Part shown: in pieces, positions 19,760-29,468 of the stretch
How positions within the stretch are numbered: position 1 is the first letter of the stretch
How the letters are laid out: every line of letters starts with the position of its first letter
From: an uncultured candidate division Zixibacteria bacterium
GTDB taxonomy: Bacteria; Zixibacteria; MSB-5A5; UBA10806
Reading direction: 5' to 3'
DNA: 64,000 nucleotides
Assembly (NCBI GenBank): GCA_963801605.1
Contig: CAWDFP010000006.1
Coordinates: 832,001 to 896,000, forward strand
Program-made: the position numbers and the translations under genes
The notes under the pieces: model-generated
The model's input: only the letters and a program-made list of their open reading frames with translations
The model's database searches: none
What the model was told of the DNA's origin: nothing

Positions 19760-21064
19760 TCAATTTCGTCCGGCCAAAACCGGTGGCGGTGGAGGCGCCG
19801 GAGCCGGATTATCCAGCAGCGGACGGTATTGGGTTACAACTTTTAGGAATTCCGCTTTGTCCTGATCTTTAATTGGCAACGATGCCGGCAAAATCAGTTT
19901 CAGGGGATCGATAAATCGTCCATTTTTGGTGATCCGATAATCAAGATGGGGTCCCGTACTCTGACCCGTTGAACCGACAAATCCAATCAACTGCCCCTGA
20001 TCGACATGATCGCCCAGGCCCAGTCCTCGGGCAAAACCTTTAAGATGACCGTAGCAGGTGACCAAATTCGATGGATGTCTTATCTCCAGATAATTCCCAA
20101 ATCCGGATTTCCATCCCTTGTAGATAACATGTCCCTCGCCTGGCGCGACCACGGGTGTTCCTGACGCTGCGGCATAATCCACTCCAAGGTGGGGACGATA
20201 AATTTTCATAATGGGATGTAAGCGGCTCATAGAAAAACGCGATGATATTCGCCGATAATTTAATGGCGATTTGAGGAACGATTTCCGAAGGCAATACCCT
20301 TTTTCGTCAAAATAGTCGCTATGTCCGGTGGAATCTGTATATAGGAATGCCCGGTGGGGGACACCGCCAAGATAATATTGCGCCGCCAGTATTTTCCCGG
20401 GCCTTACGAAAATGCTGTCTTTTTCAAATGTTTCGAAAATTAAACTAAATTTATCGCCCACTCTCGGCTCGGTCAGGAAGTCAATCTCGGAGCCAAAGAT
20501 ATCGGCCAGGTCGGTGAATATTTCCATGTCCGGCAGGATAGGCAAAAGCGCATCCCAGAGGCTTGTTTCGATAACGCCTTCCACACGCTGTACTTTTCTG
20601 TCGAGTCCAATTTCGTTAACAGTGGCGACATAATCATTTCCATCGCGATCGAGTCGGTAACGTTTCCAGTCGCTGGTAAGATATTCGAATGCGAGGATGG
20701 TATCGCCATGGCCCATGAAAAGCATAAATTTATCGCCGGGTTTAGAACCGCGCAGATCAAAGAGGCGCGAAAAGCGAGTCGTAAGCCCGGATATTAGAGT
20801 TTTCGGAAGCGGCCAGTTAAGCAGTTCGGAGTAGAGACTGGAATTACGCGTAATTGTTCCGCTATAGATATTTGCTATGCTAAGTGATTCCGTATAAGCC
20901 GTGCTATCGCTAACCGCAACGGATTCGGCTGGAAGTGAACCCGTCCTGTAAGTTTTCTGGAGAATTCCAGCCAGTAAAAAGATGAGAAAGCACGTTCCAA
21001 TAGATGTAATTTTCGCGCGTAATCTGCGATGTTTCTTAACGTTCGTAGTATCGATTATCTTCAA
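19760..21064 (-). CDS. M23 family metallopeptidase (MepM-like)
   Basis: HLGVDYAA, YGHL, TGPHLDY; TM anchor; Csd3-like N-terminal domains. Confidence 0.92.
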   Translation of the reverse strand: MKIIDTTNVKKHRRLRAKITSIGTCFLIFLLAGILQKTYRTGSLPAESVAVSDSTAYTESLSIANIYSGTITRNSSLYSELLNWPLPKTLISGLTTRFSRLFDLRGSKPGDKFMLFMGHGDTILAFEYLTSDWKRYRLDRDGNDYVATVNEIGLDRKVQRVEGVIETSLWDALLPILPDMEIFTDLADIFGSEIDFLTEPRVGDKFSLIFETFEKDSIFVRPGKILAAQYYLGGVPHRAFLYTDSTGHSDYFDEKGYCLRKSFLKSPLNYRRISSRFSMSRLHPIMKIYRPHLGVDYAAASGTPVVAPGEGHVIYKGWKSGFGNYLEIRHPSNLVTCYGHLKGFARGLGLGDHVDQGQLIGFVGSTGQSTGPHLDYRITKNGRFIDPLKLILPASLPIKDQDKAEFLKVVTQYRPLLDNPAPAPPPPPVLAGRN

Positions 21065-21066
21065 AA

Positions 21067-22648
21067 TTACCTTTCGCCAAAAATTTCAGCCTGAAAAACG
21101 TACAGTTCTGTTTGATCACTTCTCCAGCTTGAACTGGTAAGGCCTGCTTTAAGGCAGGCATGATCCAAATAGGTCGTTCGATCCCAACCCTGCTCGACAG
21201 GCACCTGAGGCAGGAGGACACCGGCATAGTTCCCCCGTTTTACATACAGGCCATCCCTGCCGACCATGACAGAATCGGAATTATATATTCTTTTCATCGG
21301 CGTTAAAACAGAAATCTCAATATCGATCGAATTTATTTCGCTTTCGGCCAGGGGTCGGAAACGGTAGTCCGAAAAGGCCGCTTGCCGGGCCATTTCAGCC
21401 ACAACTTGAAATAACGGGCCGCCGGGGTGAAAAGTCCCTATACAGCCGCGCAGTTCACCTTCCTCGTGAAGAGTCACAAATGCACCCAATGGCACTCTTT
21501 AGGGATGCTGGCATATCTTTGGGAAAGGTGATTTCTTTACCCTCCAAGCGCGTTTGGATTGATTTTCGTGCGATAGAGAGCAGCAAGTTTTTATCATCCG
21601 GTCCCAGCCCAAAATCTGCTCCACTTGTAGTCGCCGGGTTTGATACTGAATCCGATTTTTCCCCGGCTTTGGAGGAATTGCCTTCCTCCTCTAACTCAAT
21701 TTCAATAACTTTGTCGTCGCCGCTTTTATAAACCACTGCCGATAGATATCCAACTACGCTATCCTTATCTCCATTAGCGTCGCTGGAATCACCAAGGCCG
21801 GTAATTTTGGCGCTATCGGCGCCCATTCTCTGAGCCGCCATAAGAGCGGCGATGATGGGACCTCCTCCGCACGCCTCGGTTTTTTGTGTTTCGAGATCGT
21901 CAGTAAGCTTTTTGAAATTGTACTTTTCTATATCTTCGGCGATCACGGAGTCAAGCAAGGCGGCAGTAATCCGATCGTGAAAATGCGATAGGTCAGACGA
22001 TGCAACAATAAGTACATCATCACGGCCTCCTACCGCATTGGCTATGGCCTGAGCCAGAGCGTTACAGGTTGCCTGGTCCTGATCGCCCATGACAATCGCG
22101 ACCAGATTGAATTTACCAAGTGTCATTTGAAGGAACGGAAGTTGAACCTCAAGAGCATGCTCGGACCTGGCCCCGCTGTTAATATGTCCCTTATCCGACA
22201 ATGAAATCAGGCCACCAAAGGATGCGATCTTCTTCGCCAACTCCTGATCGATCGGAATTTCACCCAGCGGAGTGCTATAGGCCTTTCCCCCGAAAACTGA
22301 GACACCTTTAAAGTAGGTTGTGTGCGAGGGTGAAATAACAATGACGCTATTATATTCCTCACCCTCGAGCACCTTATAGGCCTTAGCCGCGATAGCGCCG
22401 GAGTAGATATAACCGGCGTGCGGCGCTATAATCGCAAATGGCTTACCGGCTAATTGCGGTTTGGGTGCAGCGTGAAAAAATTCCGCCAGCGTCTTGGCCA
22501 GCTCAGAAGGTGATCCGGGATAAAAACCTCCGGCAACGGCCGCCGGCCTGACATAATTTGTATCTATATTGCTCAAATCTACCTCGCCATAGGCGCTCGT
22601 ACTGATCGCCAGAGCCACTATATATATTATCGGCACACAAATTTTCAT
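21067..22648 (-). CDS. AmmeMemoRadiSam protein B (Memo) and protein A (AMMECR1) fusion with signal peptide, split by a +1 frameshift near 21498-21500
   Basis: RPAAVAGGFYP, PHAGYIYSG, EHALEVQLPFLQ, SSDLSH, ACGGGP; then LLLSIARKSI and GAFVTL..GELRGCIG, IEISVL, GVLLPQV, KAGL. Confidence 0.88.
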
Positions 22649-22669
22649 AATTTATTGGCTCCACGAGCG

Positions 22670-22698
22670 AAAATATTCCTATTACAGGTGCCTGTCAA
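22670..22698 (-). promoter_or_regulatory. Putative sigma70 promoter
   Basis: TTGACA-N17-TATTTT about 20 nt upstream of the AmrB-A start. Confidence 0.5.
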
Positions 22699-22847
22699 GG
22701 TTTTTTAGCTCTCAGTCGCGCCTTCTTCACCCTCGGTGAATGCAATCAATCAAAGTTAATGCCTTATCATGTTTTAGCTGATCAAATTAAATTTTCGTGC
22801 TTTTGGTGTTTTACATGGACGGCTTAATGTGCTATTTTATATCCGAG

Positions 22848-23735
22848 ATGAAGGCAGCCATAGTTGTAAATCCTGTAAGCGGAAAGGGAAAATCCTTGGG
22901 GATTTTGCCCAGGGTCGTCGAATGGTGTCAGCAGCAAGGAATCGAATTTCGGATTTTTCCAACTACTGAACCGGGAGATGGCGCCTATCAGGCTCGAACG
23001 GCTCGCGCCGCGGGATTCGAACGCGTGATTGTTTTGGGTGGTGATGGTACCATCAATGAGGTTGGCCAGGCTTTAGTCGGAACTGATACACTCGTGGGAA
23101 TTTTGCCAGGTGGCTCGGGCAATGATTTTTATAAAATGCTGGGGAAAAAGTCCAGTCTTGAAGAAGCGATGAAGACCGCATTTTTAGGTGTTCCCCATGA
23201 GATTGATTTTGGGCTTGCCAATGGAAGGCCGTTTTTTAATGTCGTGGGAGCCGGGTTCGACGCCCAGGTGGCCGCAGAAGCGGTTAAGTCGAAGGCTTTT
23301 TCAGGTTTTCTAAAATATTTATCGGCGGTGTTTAAGGTCTGGCGCACTTACGAACCTCTGCCGCTGGAAATTGAACTCGATGCCTTTAAGATCAGCCAGA
23401 ATGTCACTCTGGTCTCAGTGGGAAACGGTCGATGTTCCGGAGGCGGTTTTCATTTGACCCCGCAGGCCAAATTTGACGATGGCCTTTTCGATATTTGTAT
23501 CATGGAGTATCTTCCAAAATCGAAAATATTTAGTGTCCTGCCGCGAGCCTTAAAAGGAACCCATGTCAGGCTTAACAGCGTAAGAGTTTATAGAAGCAAG
23601 CGGATCATTCTCAAATCATCCAAAGGTTTTCCGGTACATATCGATGGGGAACCATCGCCGGGGCCGCTGGAAAAGCTTGAGATCACAATTGATAAGCGAA
23701 AATTAAAAATCTCGGTCGATGAAGAAACCAGGTAA
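22848..23735 (+). CDS. Diacylglycerol/lipid kinase family protein (YegS/DgkB-like)
   Basis: NPVSG, GGDGTINEV, LPGGSGNDF, DDGLFD, IDGE. Confidence 0.92.
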   Translation: MKAAIVVNPVSGKGKSLGILPRVVEWCQQQGIEFRIFPTTEPGDGAYQARTARAAGFERVIVLGGDGTINEVGQALVGTDTLVGILPGGSGNDFYKMLGKKSSLEEAMKTAFLGVPHEIDFGLANGRPFFNVVGAGFDAQVAAEAVKSKAFSGFLKYLSAVFKVWRTYEPLPLEIELDAFKISQNVTLVSVGNGRCSGGGFHLTPQAKFDDGLFDICIMEYLPKSKIFSVLPRALKGTHVRLNSVRVYRSKRIILKSSKGFPVHIDGEPSPGPLEKLEITIDKRKLKISVDEETR

Positions 23736-24231
23736 AAAAGCCTCTCTCTTTATAACCGTAGTAATGCTGATTGTTACTTTTTCGGGCATCTCGTACGGTC
23801 AGCGCCCCGACAGCCTGCATGTTAGAAAAGTGAATCCCACCGGGGCGCTGCTTAGATCGGCATTTGTACCGGGTTGGGGTCAATTTTATAACAGGAAATA
23901 TATCAAAGCGACAATCTTCGCGGGGGGAGAGGGTTACCTCATATATGGGATCGCCAAATACTGGAGAGACGCTAATCATCACAGATCCAATTTCGAACAT
24001 TCGAGCGATTACGCCTTTCAATCATCTGAATTCGATAAATATACCACCGCTCGCGACAGCCGGAACTTAAGGCTCTGGCTTATGGCGGCCTCGATTTTTT
24101 ATTCCATGTTCGACGCTTACGTCGATGCCCAACTTTCCGATTTCAATCAAACCGATAAAGCTTACCAGGTCTTCCTATCTCCCGCTCCAAGCGATGGCCT
24201 GCAGTTAGTTTTAAACATAAAAATCAAATGA
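23719..24231 (+). CDS. DUF5683-like membrane protein
   Basis: ALLRSAFVPGWGQFYN..Y.K and DAYVDAQL. Confidence 0.75.
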   Translation: MKKPGKKASLFITVVMLIVTFSGISYGQRPDSLHVRKVNPTGALLRSAFVPGWGQFYNRKYIKATIFAGGEGYLIYGIAKYWRDANHHRSNFEHSSDYAFQSSEFDKYTTARDSRNLRLWLMAASIFYSMFDAYVDAQLSDFNQTDKAYQVFLSPAPSDGLQLVLNIKIK

Positions 24232-24821
24232 ACATCGTAGGATTTTCGGGGAGCGCTACAGGCGGGTCCTCAACGGATCTTTTAATAAGCGCAGTCATTG
24301 AGGGCGCCTCAGCTCCGAATATCACAGCACGATTTTTTCGACTAAACGAACGGCAGATTATTCCCTGTCAGGCGTGCGGAATATCTCCCGAACCGGAGTA
24401 CTGTTTTTTTCACGATGGTATGGATGATCTTTTCAAAGCAATGGAAAAAAGCGATGGCATAATTCTTGGTTCGCCGATCTATTTCGATTCGGTCTCCGCA
24501 CAAACCAAGCTCTTTATAGATCGCACTAACTGCCTACGGCCGGCTGATTTTTCCGATCCATCGGTACAGAAATTCAAAGAGCCGCGTTTTAAGGGAAAGA
24601 AGGGCGGCATAATCTTGGTGGCCGGTGATTATGGTAAATTTGAGAATGCATTGCGAGTGATGCACGCCTTTTTCATCTGGGCGGGGATTGAGATAGTATT
24701 TGAGATTCTCTATCGCACTAAAAGTCTCAATGTTGGCGAAGTGAAAGACGATATTGCCAGGCTCGATGAATCTCGCGAGGCGGGGAAGAATCTTCGACAG
24801 GCGATAAACAAGACCCCATAA
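24228..24821 (+). CDS. Flavodoxin-fold protein (NADPH-dependent FMN reductase / iron-sulfur flavoprotein family)
   Basis: GFSGS, PCQAC, GSPIYF..VSAQTKLFIDR. Confidence 0.85.
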   Translation: MNIVGFSGSATGGSSTDLLISAVIEGASAPNITARFFRLNERQIIPCQACGISPEPEYCFFHDGMDDLFKAMEKSDGIILGSPIYFDSVSAQTKLFIDRTNCLRPADFSDPSVQKFKEPRFKGKKGGIILVAGDYGKFENALRVMHAFFIWAGIEIVFEILYRTKSLNVGEVKDDIARLDESREAGKNLRQAINKTP

Positions 24822-24915
24822 AATACTTTAATTAAATCCATTTATTTCTTGCCAAACATATATAGTAAATATTATTAATTATTAGCGATAAGCATCTTTG
24901 AATTTACTTCTCTTG

Positions 24916-25228
24916 TGATCGCAAGTTGGGATTTTACTTTTGTTGATTGGCTTTTGATCTTGTTGGGGGCAATGGTATATGCCTGATCCTTTTTTCGGTA
25001 CCCCTCCTCCATACGATCCCGATAGCGACGATTTGGATGGCGACGATGTGCCTGATAAATTGGAACCAGGCTTTAGGATTTAACCCTTATGATCCTGACA
25101 CAGATCATGACGGAGTAGACGATTTTGAAGAATTAGGATACGGAGCGGCTTACCGTCTGGCTATGCACAGCGCGAGCAAATGGAAAGAGAGTTTTACAAA
25201 ATATCCAGGCTTATTATGGCGCCGGTAG
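24916..25228 (+). pseudogene. Disrupted small secreted protein with thrombospondin type-3-like Ca-binding repeats
   Basis: Across a frameshift near 25066: PYDPDSDDLDGDDVPDKLEQALGFNPYDPDTDHDGVDDFEE; hydrophobic LLILLGAMVYA upstream, then an in-frame TGA. Confidence 0.45.
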
Positions 25229-25247
25229 CCAAAGTCGGTTTTTCTAA

Positions 25248-26268
25248 TTATTGGCTTTGCGCCTGAATCTTATAAAGATATTCTTTTGAGTGCTGGAAAG
25301 TGCTTTTGTGCCGTTCGCGGATATCCTTGGATGGATTATAAGCGAGGATAGCGTCAAACTGCGCTCTTGCCGAGGCATAGTCCTTCAAATTGAAATCGCA
25401 AATACCCTTACGATAGCGGCAGTAAATTATATTATAGCCGTTTTGGTTTCCCGCCTTCTCAAGCGATCCAACAATTCGGCCATAATAATCTGATGCCTTC
25501 TTGAGATTGCCGTTAGCCCAATAAATGCCGGCCAATAACCAAAGCGTTGTGCGTCCCCCAGATGATACATTCGTTAAGATGATTGGCAATTTTAAGCGCC
25601 TCAGAATATTTCCGCTCATTGAGCAGAGCCCAGGAGTATGCAATCCCCGCTGCTTTCGATGAGATAAGCGAGCTATCCATTGCCAGCTTTAGCTCCTGTA
25701 GACCTTCGGGACGGTTATCCGAGACGAAAGGAAATACCTTTTTAAGCTTAACCGATGACCAATAGTGGTAGCTTCCGATTCCCGTATAGCTGTCATATAG
25801 AGTCGAATCCAGCCTGAGAGCGTCCGAGAATCTGGCCTTAGCCTTTAGCCCGGAAAGAAGCGATTTGAGCCAGCTTTTCTTTTGTCCCAACCAAACCGAT
25901 TTATAGCCATAAGCGGAACCCCAGAAAAAATAGCCCCAGGCGTCATTTGGATTTTTGTCGATCCAGCGCTCCAGGGCATCGTTGGCGCTATCGACATGAT
26001 TCATAAACTCCTTTTCGTGGCTGTAATCCTCGCCATCCATCATCTGGGCATGCAGGATACTTGCATACAGGAGATGATAGATTGGCTGTCCGGGAATTGT
26101 ATCATTAATCTGCGCCGCCGTGACAAAGGCCTCAGGAAAGCTATCAGAAAATACATAATCGACTGTCTTAAGAAGGATAGATAACTCTGGCTCTTCGGGT
26201 TTTAGGGTCGCCCCATTTGAGGATGTAATCGCTGCCAGGATAAGTATGAAAATTAACCGTTTCACCAT
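25248..26268 (-). CDS. Secreted TPR protein, split by a +1 frameshift near 25574
   Basis: Signal peptide; TPR-like helices; ORFs 25513..26301 and 25248..25643 joined by deleting one A. Confidence 0.75.
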
Positions 26269-26563
26269 CTTATTTGCTCTTTTTAGTCCGATACCCACCA
26301 CACATTATAGTAGTGTTATCGGCAAAATACTCAGATTACCTTTCGCTTTTTACCCGTTTTTTTGCAAAATGCGATTTTCCCCAATTCGCATAGATTATAT
26401 GATAATAGATAATCTCCAGCCATAAAACCCAAAACACTCGAATATAATAACATAAAAAATTCAATTTAATTTTAATCCGGCATTAAATTTCCATGAAGAA
26501 GTGACGAAAAACAAGCAGAGCCTGATTTATTGGTAAATAGACAAACTTGGAGGGAGACAGGCG

Positions 26564-27874
26564 ATGACCAGCATATTAGTGGTCGACGATCAGAAAGCAC
26601 AGCGAAAAAATCTCGCATTCTACTTAAAAAGTCAGGGCTATGATGTTGATACCGCCGAAGCGGGTGAAGATGCGTTGGCCAAACTTGAATCGAATTGTTT
26701 CGATTTGGTCATTACCGATTACAAAATGGATGACGTTTCCGGTCTGGATCTGATGAAAAAAGGCCAAAAAATCAGGCCATCAACAGAATTTATTATCATC
26801 ACTGGTTATGGAAACATTCCTTTGGCGGTCGACTCCATTCGCGAGGGAGCTGCCGATTTTATCTCCAAGCCGTTTGAATTTGCCACTATTTTGGATGCGA
26901 TTCATAGAATTCAAAAACGAAATCAAGTTAAGGCATCAAGCGATGATGGCGCGCTTCAAATCGTGGCCCATTCTCAGAAAATGAAAGAAATTGCAGATCT
27001 CGCGATCAAAGCCGCCGCGTCCGATATCTCGGTCCTCATTGAAGGCGAAGTTGGTACCGGCAAAGAACTTTTTGCCCGCATTGTACATAATCAGAGTCAG
27101 CATGGCCGTTTGCCGCTTCAGGTGATCGACTGCACCGATTCAGAACAGGAATTGGACCGGGAGTTATTTGGTTCCTCCGATGGCGCCAAAGGCGCTTTAT
27201 CATTAGCTAACAACGGCACGCTTCTTCTTCGTGATATAGAACAGCTTTCATCCAAGCTCCAGGCCAGGCTCTTGCGTTATCTAAGAGAAGGGATTTTCGC
27301 GCCAGCAGACAGCGCTTCCGTTAAAAAATCCAACGCTCGAATAATTGCAACCTCCACGAAAAATCTTAAGCAACTGGTTCAGTCCGAAACTTTCCGCGAG
27401 GATCTTTACTATCTGTTAAGCGTGTTTCCCGTTTATATCCCGCCACTTCGAAGCTGTAGCGAGGATATTCAGCCTTTGATAAAACACTTCCTGGCCAAAT
27501 ATGCTGCTAAAAATCAAAAAGATATCAAAGTGGTAGCGCCCGAGGTAACTTCCTGGATGATAAATTATGAGTGGCCCGGAAATGTTCAGGAAATGGAAAA
27601 CATTATCTCCCGCGCCTGCGTTCTGGCCTCGGGGGATATCCTCGATGAATCCCTGATTTTCACCCTGCCACAGGATCGCCCGGAAGATAACGATGAGGAT
27701 GCATTCCTCAATATTACCCTAAAGGATAATCAGAGGACTTTGATCCTCAAAGCCCTCAAGCAAAATGATGGCAATTATTCACGCACAGCCACCCAGCTTG
27801 GCATTTCGCGTACCACGCTTTGGCGACGGATAAAACGATTTCGTATCGAGGGGCTGCCTGTCGAATCTCGCTGA
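26564..27874 (+). CDS. NtrC-like response regulator (REC-AAA+-Fis HTH) lacking GAFTGA
   Basis: ILVVDD, ITDYKM, GEVGTGKE, WPGNVQEM, LGISRTTLWRRIK. Confidence 0.9.
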   Translation: MTSILVVDDQKAQRKNLAFYLKSQGYDVDTAEAGEDALAKLESNCFDLVITDYKMDDVSGLDLMKKGQKIRPSTEFIIITGYGNIPLAVDSIREGAADFISKPFEFATILDAIHRIQKRNQVKASSDDGALQIVAHSQKMKEIADLAIKAAASDISVLIEGEVGTGKELFARIVHNQSQHGRLPLQVIDCTDSEQELDRELFGSSDGAKGALSLANNGTLLLRDIEQLSSKLQARLLRYLREGIFAPADSASVKKSNARIIATSTKNLKQLVQSETFREDLYYLLSVFPVYIPPLRSCSEDIQPLIKHFLAKYAAKNQKDIKVVAPEVTSWMINYEWPGNVQEMENIISRACVLASGDILDESLIFTLPQDRPEDNDEDAFLNITLKDNQRTLILKALKQNDGNYSRTATQLGISRTTLWRRIKRFRIEGLPVESR

Positions 27875-27902
27875 CCCGGGATTGCAGGAGCAAATCCCTC
27901 AT

Positions 27903-27931
27903 AAAGGGGCGAGTCACCTCGCCCTTTTTTT
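27903..27931 (+). terminator. Intrinsic terminator
   Basis: GGGCGAG-tcac-CTCGCCC-T7. Confidence 0.85.
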
Positions 27932-27962
27932 ATTTCAGGTTTTCATCGTAGATAACCGATCC

Positions 27963-28131
27963 TGGCTCGCGGGTTCCGCGGCCCCGACAAGGTCGGGGCA
28001 CAGAAATCCGAAAGATAATTGTGACTCGTAAGGATGAGTTCTTTAATACGATATCCTGATGCATTACAATCAGTGAAATTGGATTTCTGATCTTTTGTTC
28101 CAGAGGAACAAAAGGCGGAACCCGCGAGCCA
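27963..28131. repeat. Nested palindromic element forming a four-way junction (REP/MITE-like DNA or structured ncRNA)
   Basis: Perfect 17-bp terminal IR TGGCTCGCGGGTTCCGC/GCGGAACCCGCGAGCCA enclosing perfect 8-, 9- and 10-bp stems. Confidence 0.75.
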
Positions 28132-28253
28132 TAGGGGCGATAGCAAAGATAATCAGCGCTAATATCACCGAAATTGGGATATTGATATTCTATTTGACTA
28201 TTTTAAAATTTCATGCGAAATTATCATCCAATAAATAGCATATTGGAGGCAAT

Positions 28254-29211
28254 ATGAAAACGTTTGTCATTCTTTTGATTTTGGCAGTTATGCCTTTTAG
28301 TTTGTTATGGGCTACCGTACCGGTAAACACCTTTTCTATAGTCGGATGTGATCCCGCTACGGGGGAGCTTGGTGTTGCCGTGGCCAGCAAATATTTCGCG
28401 GTGGGATCGATTGTCCCCTGGGCCAAGGCCGAGGTTGGCGCTATCGCTACTCAAGCTTGGGTCAACGCCGATTACGGGATTATAGGCTTGGAGCTTTTGG
28501 AAAAAGGTATGACACCCCAAGAGGTGGTTGATTCTCTGACCAAGGCCGATACTCTATCGTCGCGGCGGCAATTAGGCATAATTGATCTCAAGGGACACGC
28601 CTCAACTTATACCGGCAAAGATTGTATGAATTGGGCCGGCGGCATGGTCGGTAAAAATTGCGCAGCCCAGGGGAATATCCTGGTTTCAAGTAAAACCGTG
28701 TCCGATATGATAACGGCTTTTGAAAACACAGATGGCGAGTTGTCCGACAAGCTTTTAGCGGCCCTTTTAGCGGGCGACCTGGCCGGTGGCGATTCACGCG
28801 GCAAGCAATCGGCAGCGATTTATGTTGTCCAGAAAATGCCGGGCGAAAGGTATGATACCAAGATTGATATCAGAGTTGACGACAGCCCCGATCCGTTTGC
28901 GGAGATAGCGAGATTACATGGAATCGCAAAGGCTCTTTCCTATCTGGAGACGGCCGCGGCTCGGTATCGTCAGGGAGATCTTCCCGGGGCAGTTGAACAG
29001 GCAAGACTTTCAGTTAAGCTTGGTCCTAACATGCCCGAGACATATTATGATCTGGCTTGTTATCTATCTCTTTCGGGCCAACTCGATGAAGCGATGAAAA
29101 ATATTACCGACCGCTATTAAATTGGGGCCAAATTTTAAATCGATGGCTGCCAATGATTCCGACTTAAAAGCCTTAAGGGAAAGGACTGATTTCAAGGAAC
29201 TGGTAAAATAA
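28254..29211 (+). CDS. DUF1028 (Ntn-hydrolase-like) protein with signal peptide and C-terminal TPR; +1 frameshift near 29107
   Basis: NTFSIVG.DP.TGELGVAVAS, AIATQ, AQGNIL, GGDSRGKQSAA; corrected tail ..NITTAIKLGPNFKSMAANDSDLKALRERTDFKELVK*. Confidence 0.88.
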
Positions 29212-29361
29212 ATCTAATTTGGACAAAATCGGCAAATTAACGTTAATAGAATGCTCGATATCGGCCCAACCTGTAGCCGGGTATTATTGGCGTAATGCTT
29301 TGTTACGTAATCTATTAGACAAAGATAGATTATTGATAATGAGAATTATATCACATTTTGC

Positions 29362-29389
29362 TTGACTGAAGGGCTACTTTCAATAAATT
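29362..29389 (+). promoter_or_regulatory. Putative sigma70 promoter
   Basis: TTGACT-N16-TAAATT upstream of the Rex box. Confidence 0.4.
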
Positions 29390-29412
29390 TGGACGGGTTA
29401 TAGCGCCTATAG

Positions 29413-29430
29413 TTGTGAATCTGTTCACAA
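29413..29430. promoter_or_regulatory. Rex operator
   Basis: TTGTGAA-tctg-TTCACAA, an exact match to the Rex consensus palindrome. Confidence 0.75.
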
Positions 29431-29468
29431 TTTTGGGTGCCTCACAAATGTATGGGAAAATAAGCGAG

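Noticed and set aside
24984..24986. TGA in the TSP3-like remnant as Sec
   Set aside because: No SECIS-like hairpin and no redox motif context
26478..26493. Sigma54 promoter upstream of the NtrC-like gene
   Set aside because: GG-N10-CC lacks the conserved -12 GC
28010..28062. Hammerhead ribozyme (GAAA and CTGATG present)
   Set aside because: Reads CTGATGC rather than CTGANGA, and stem II does not directly flank the core motifs
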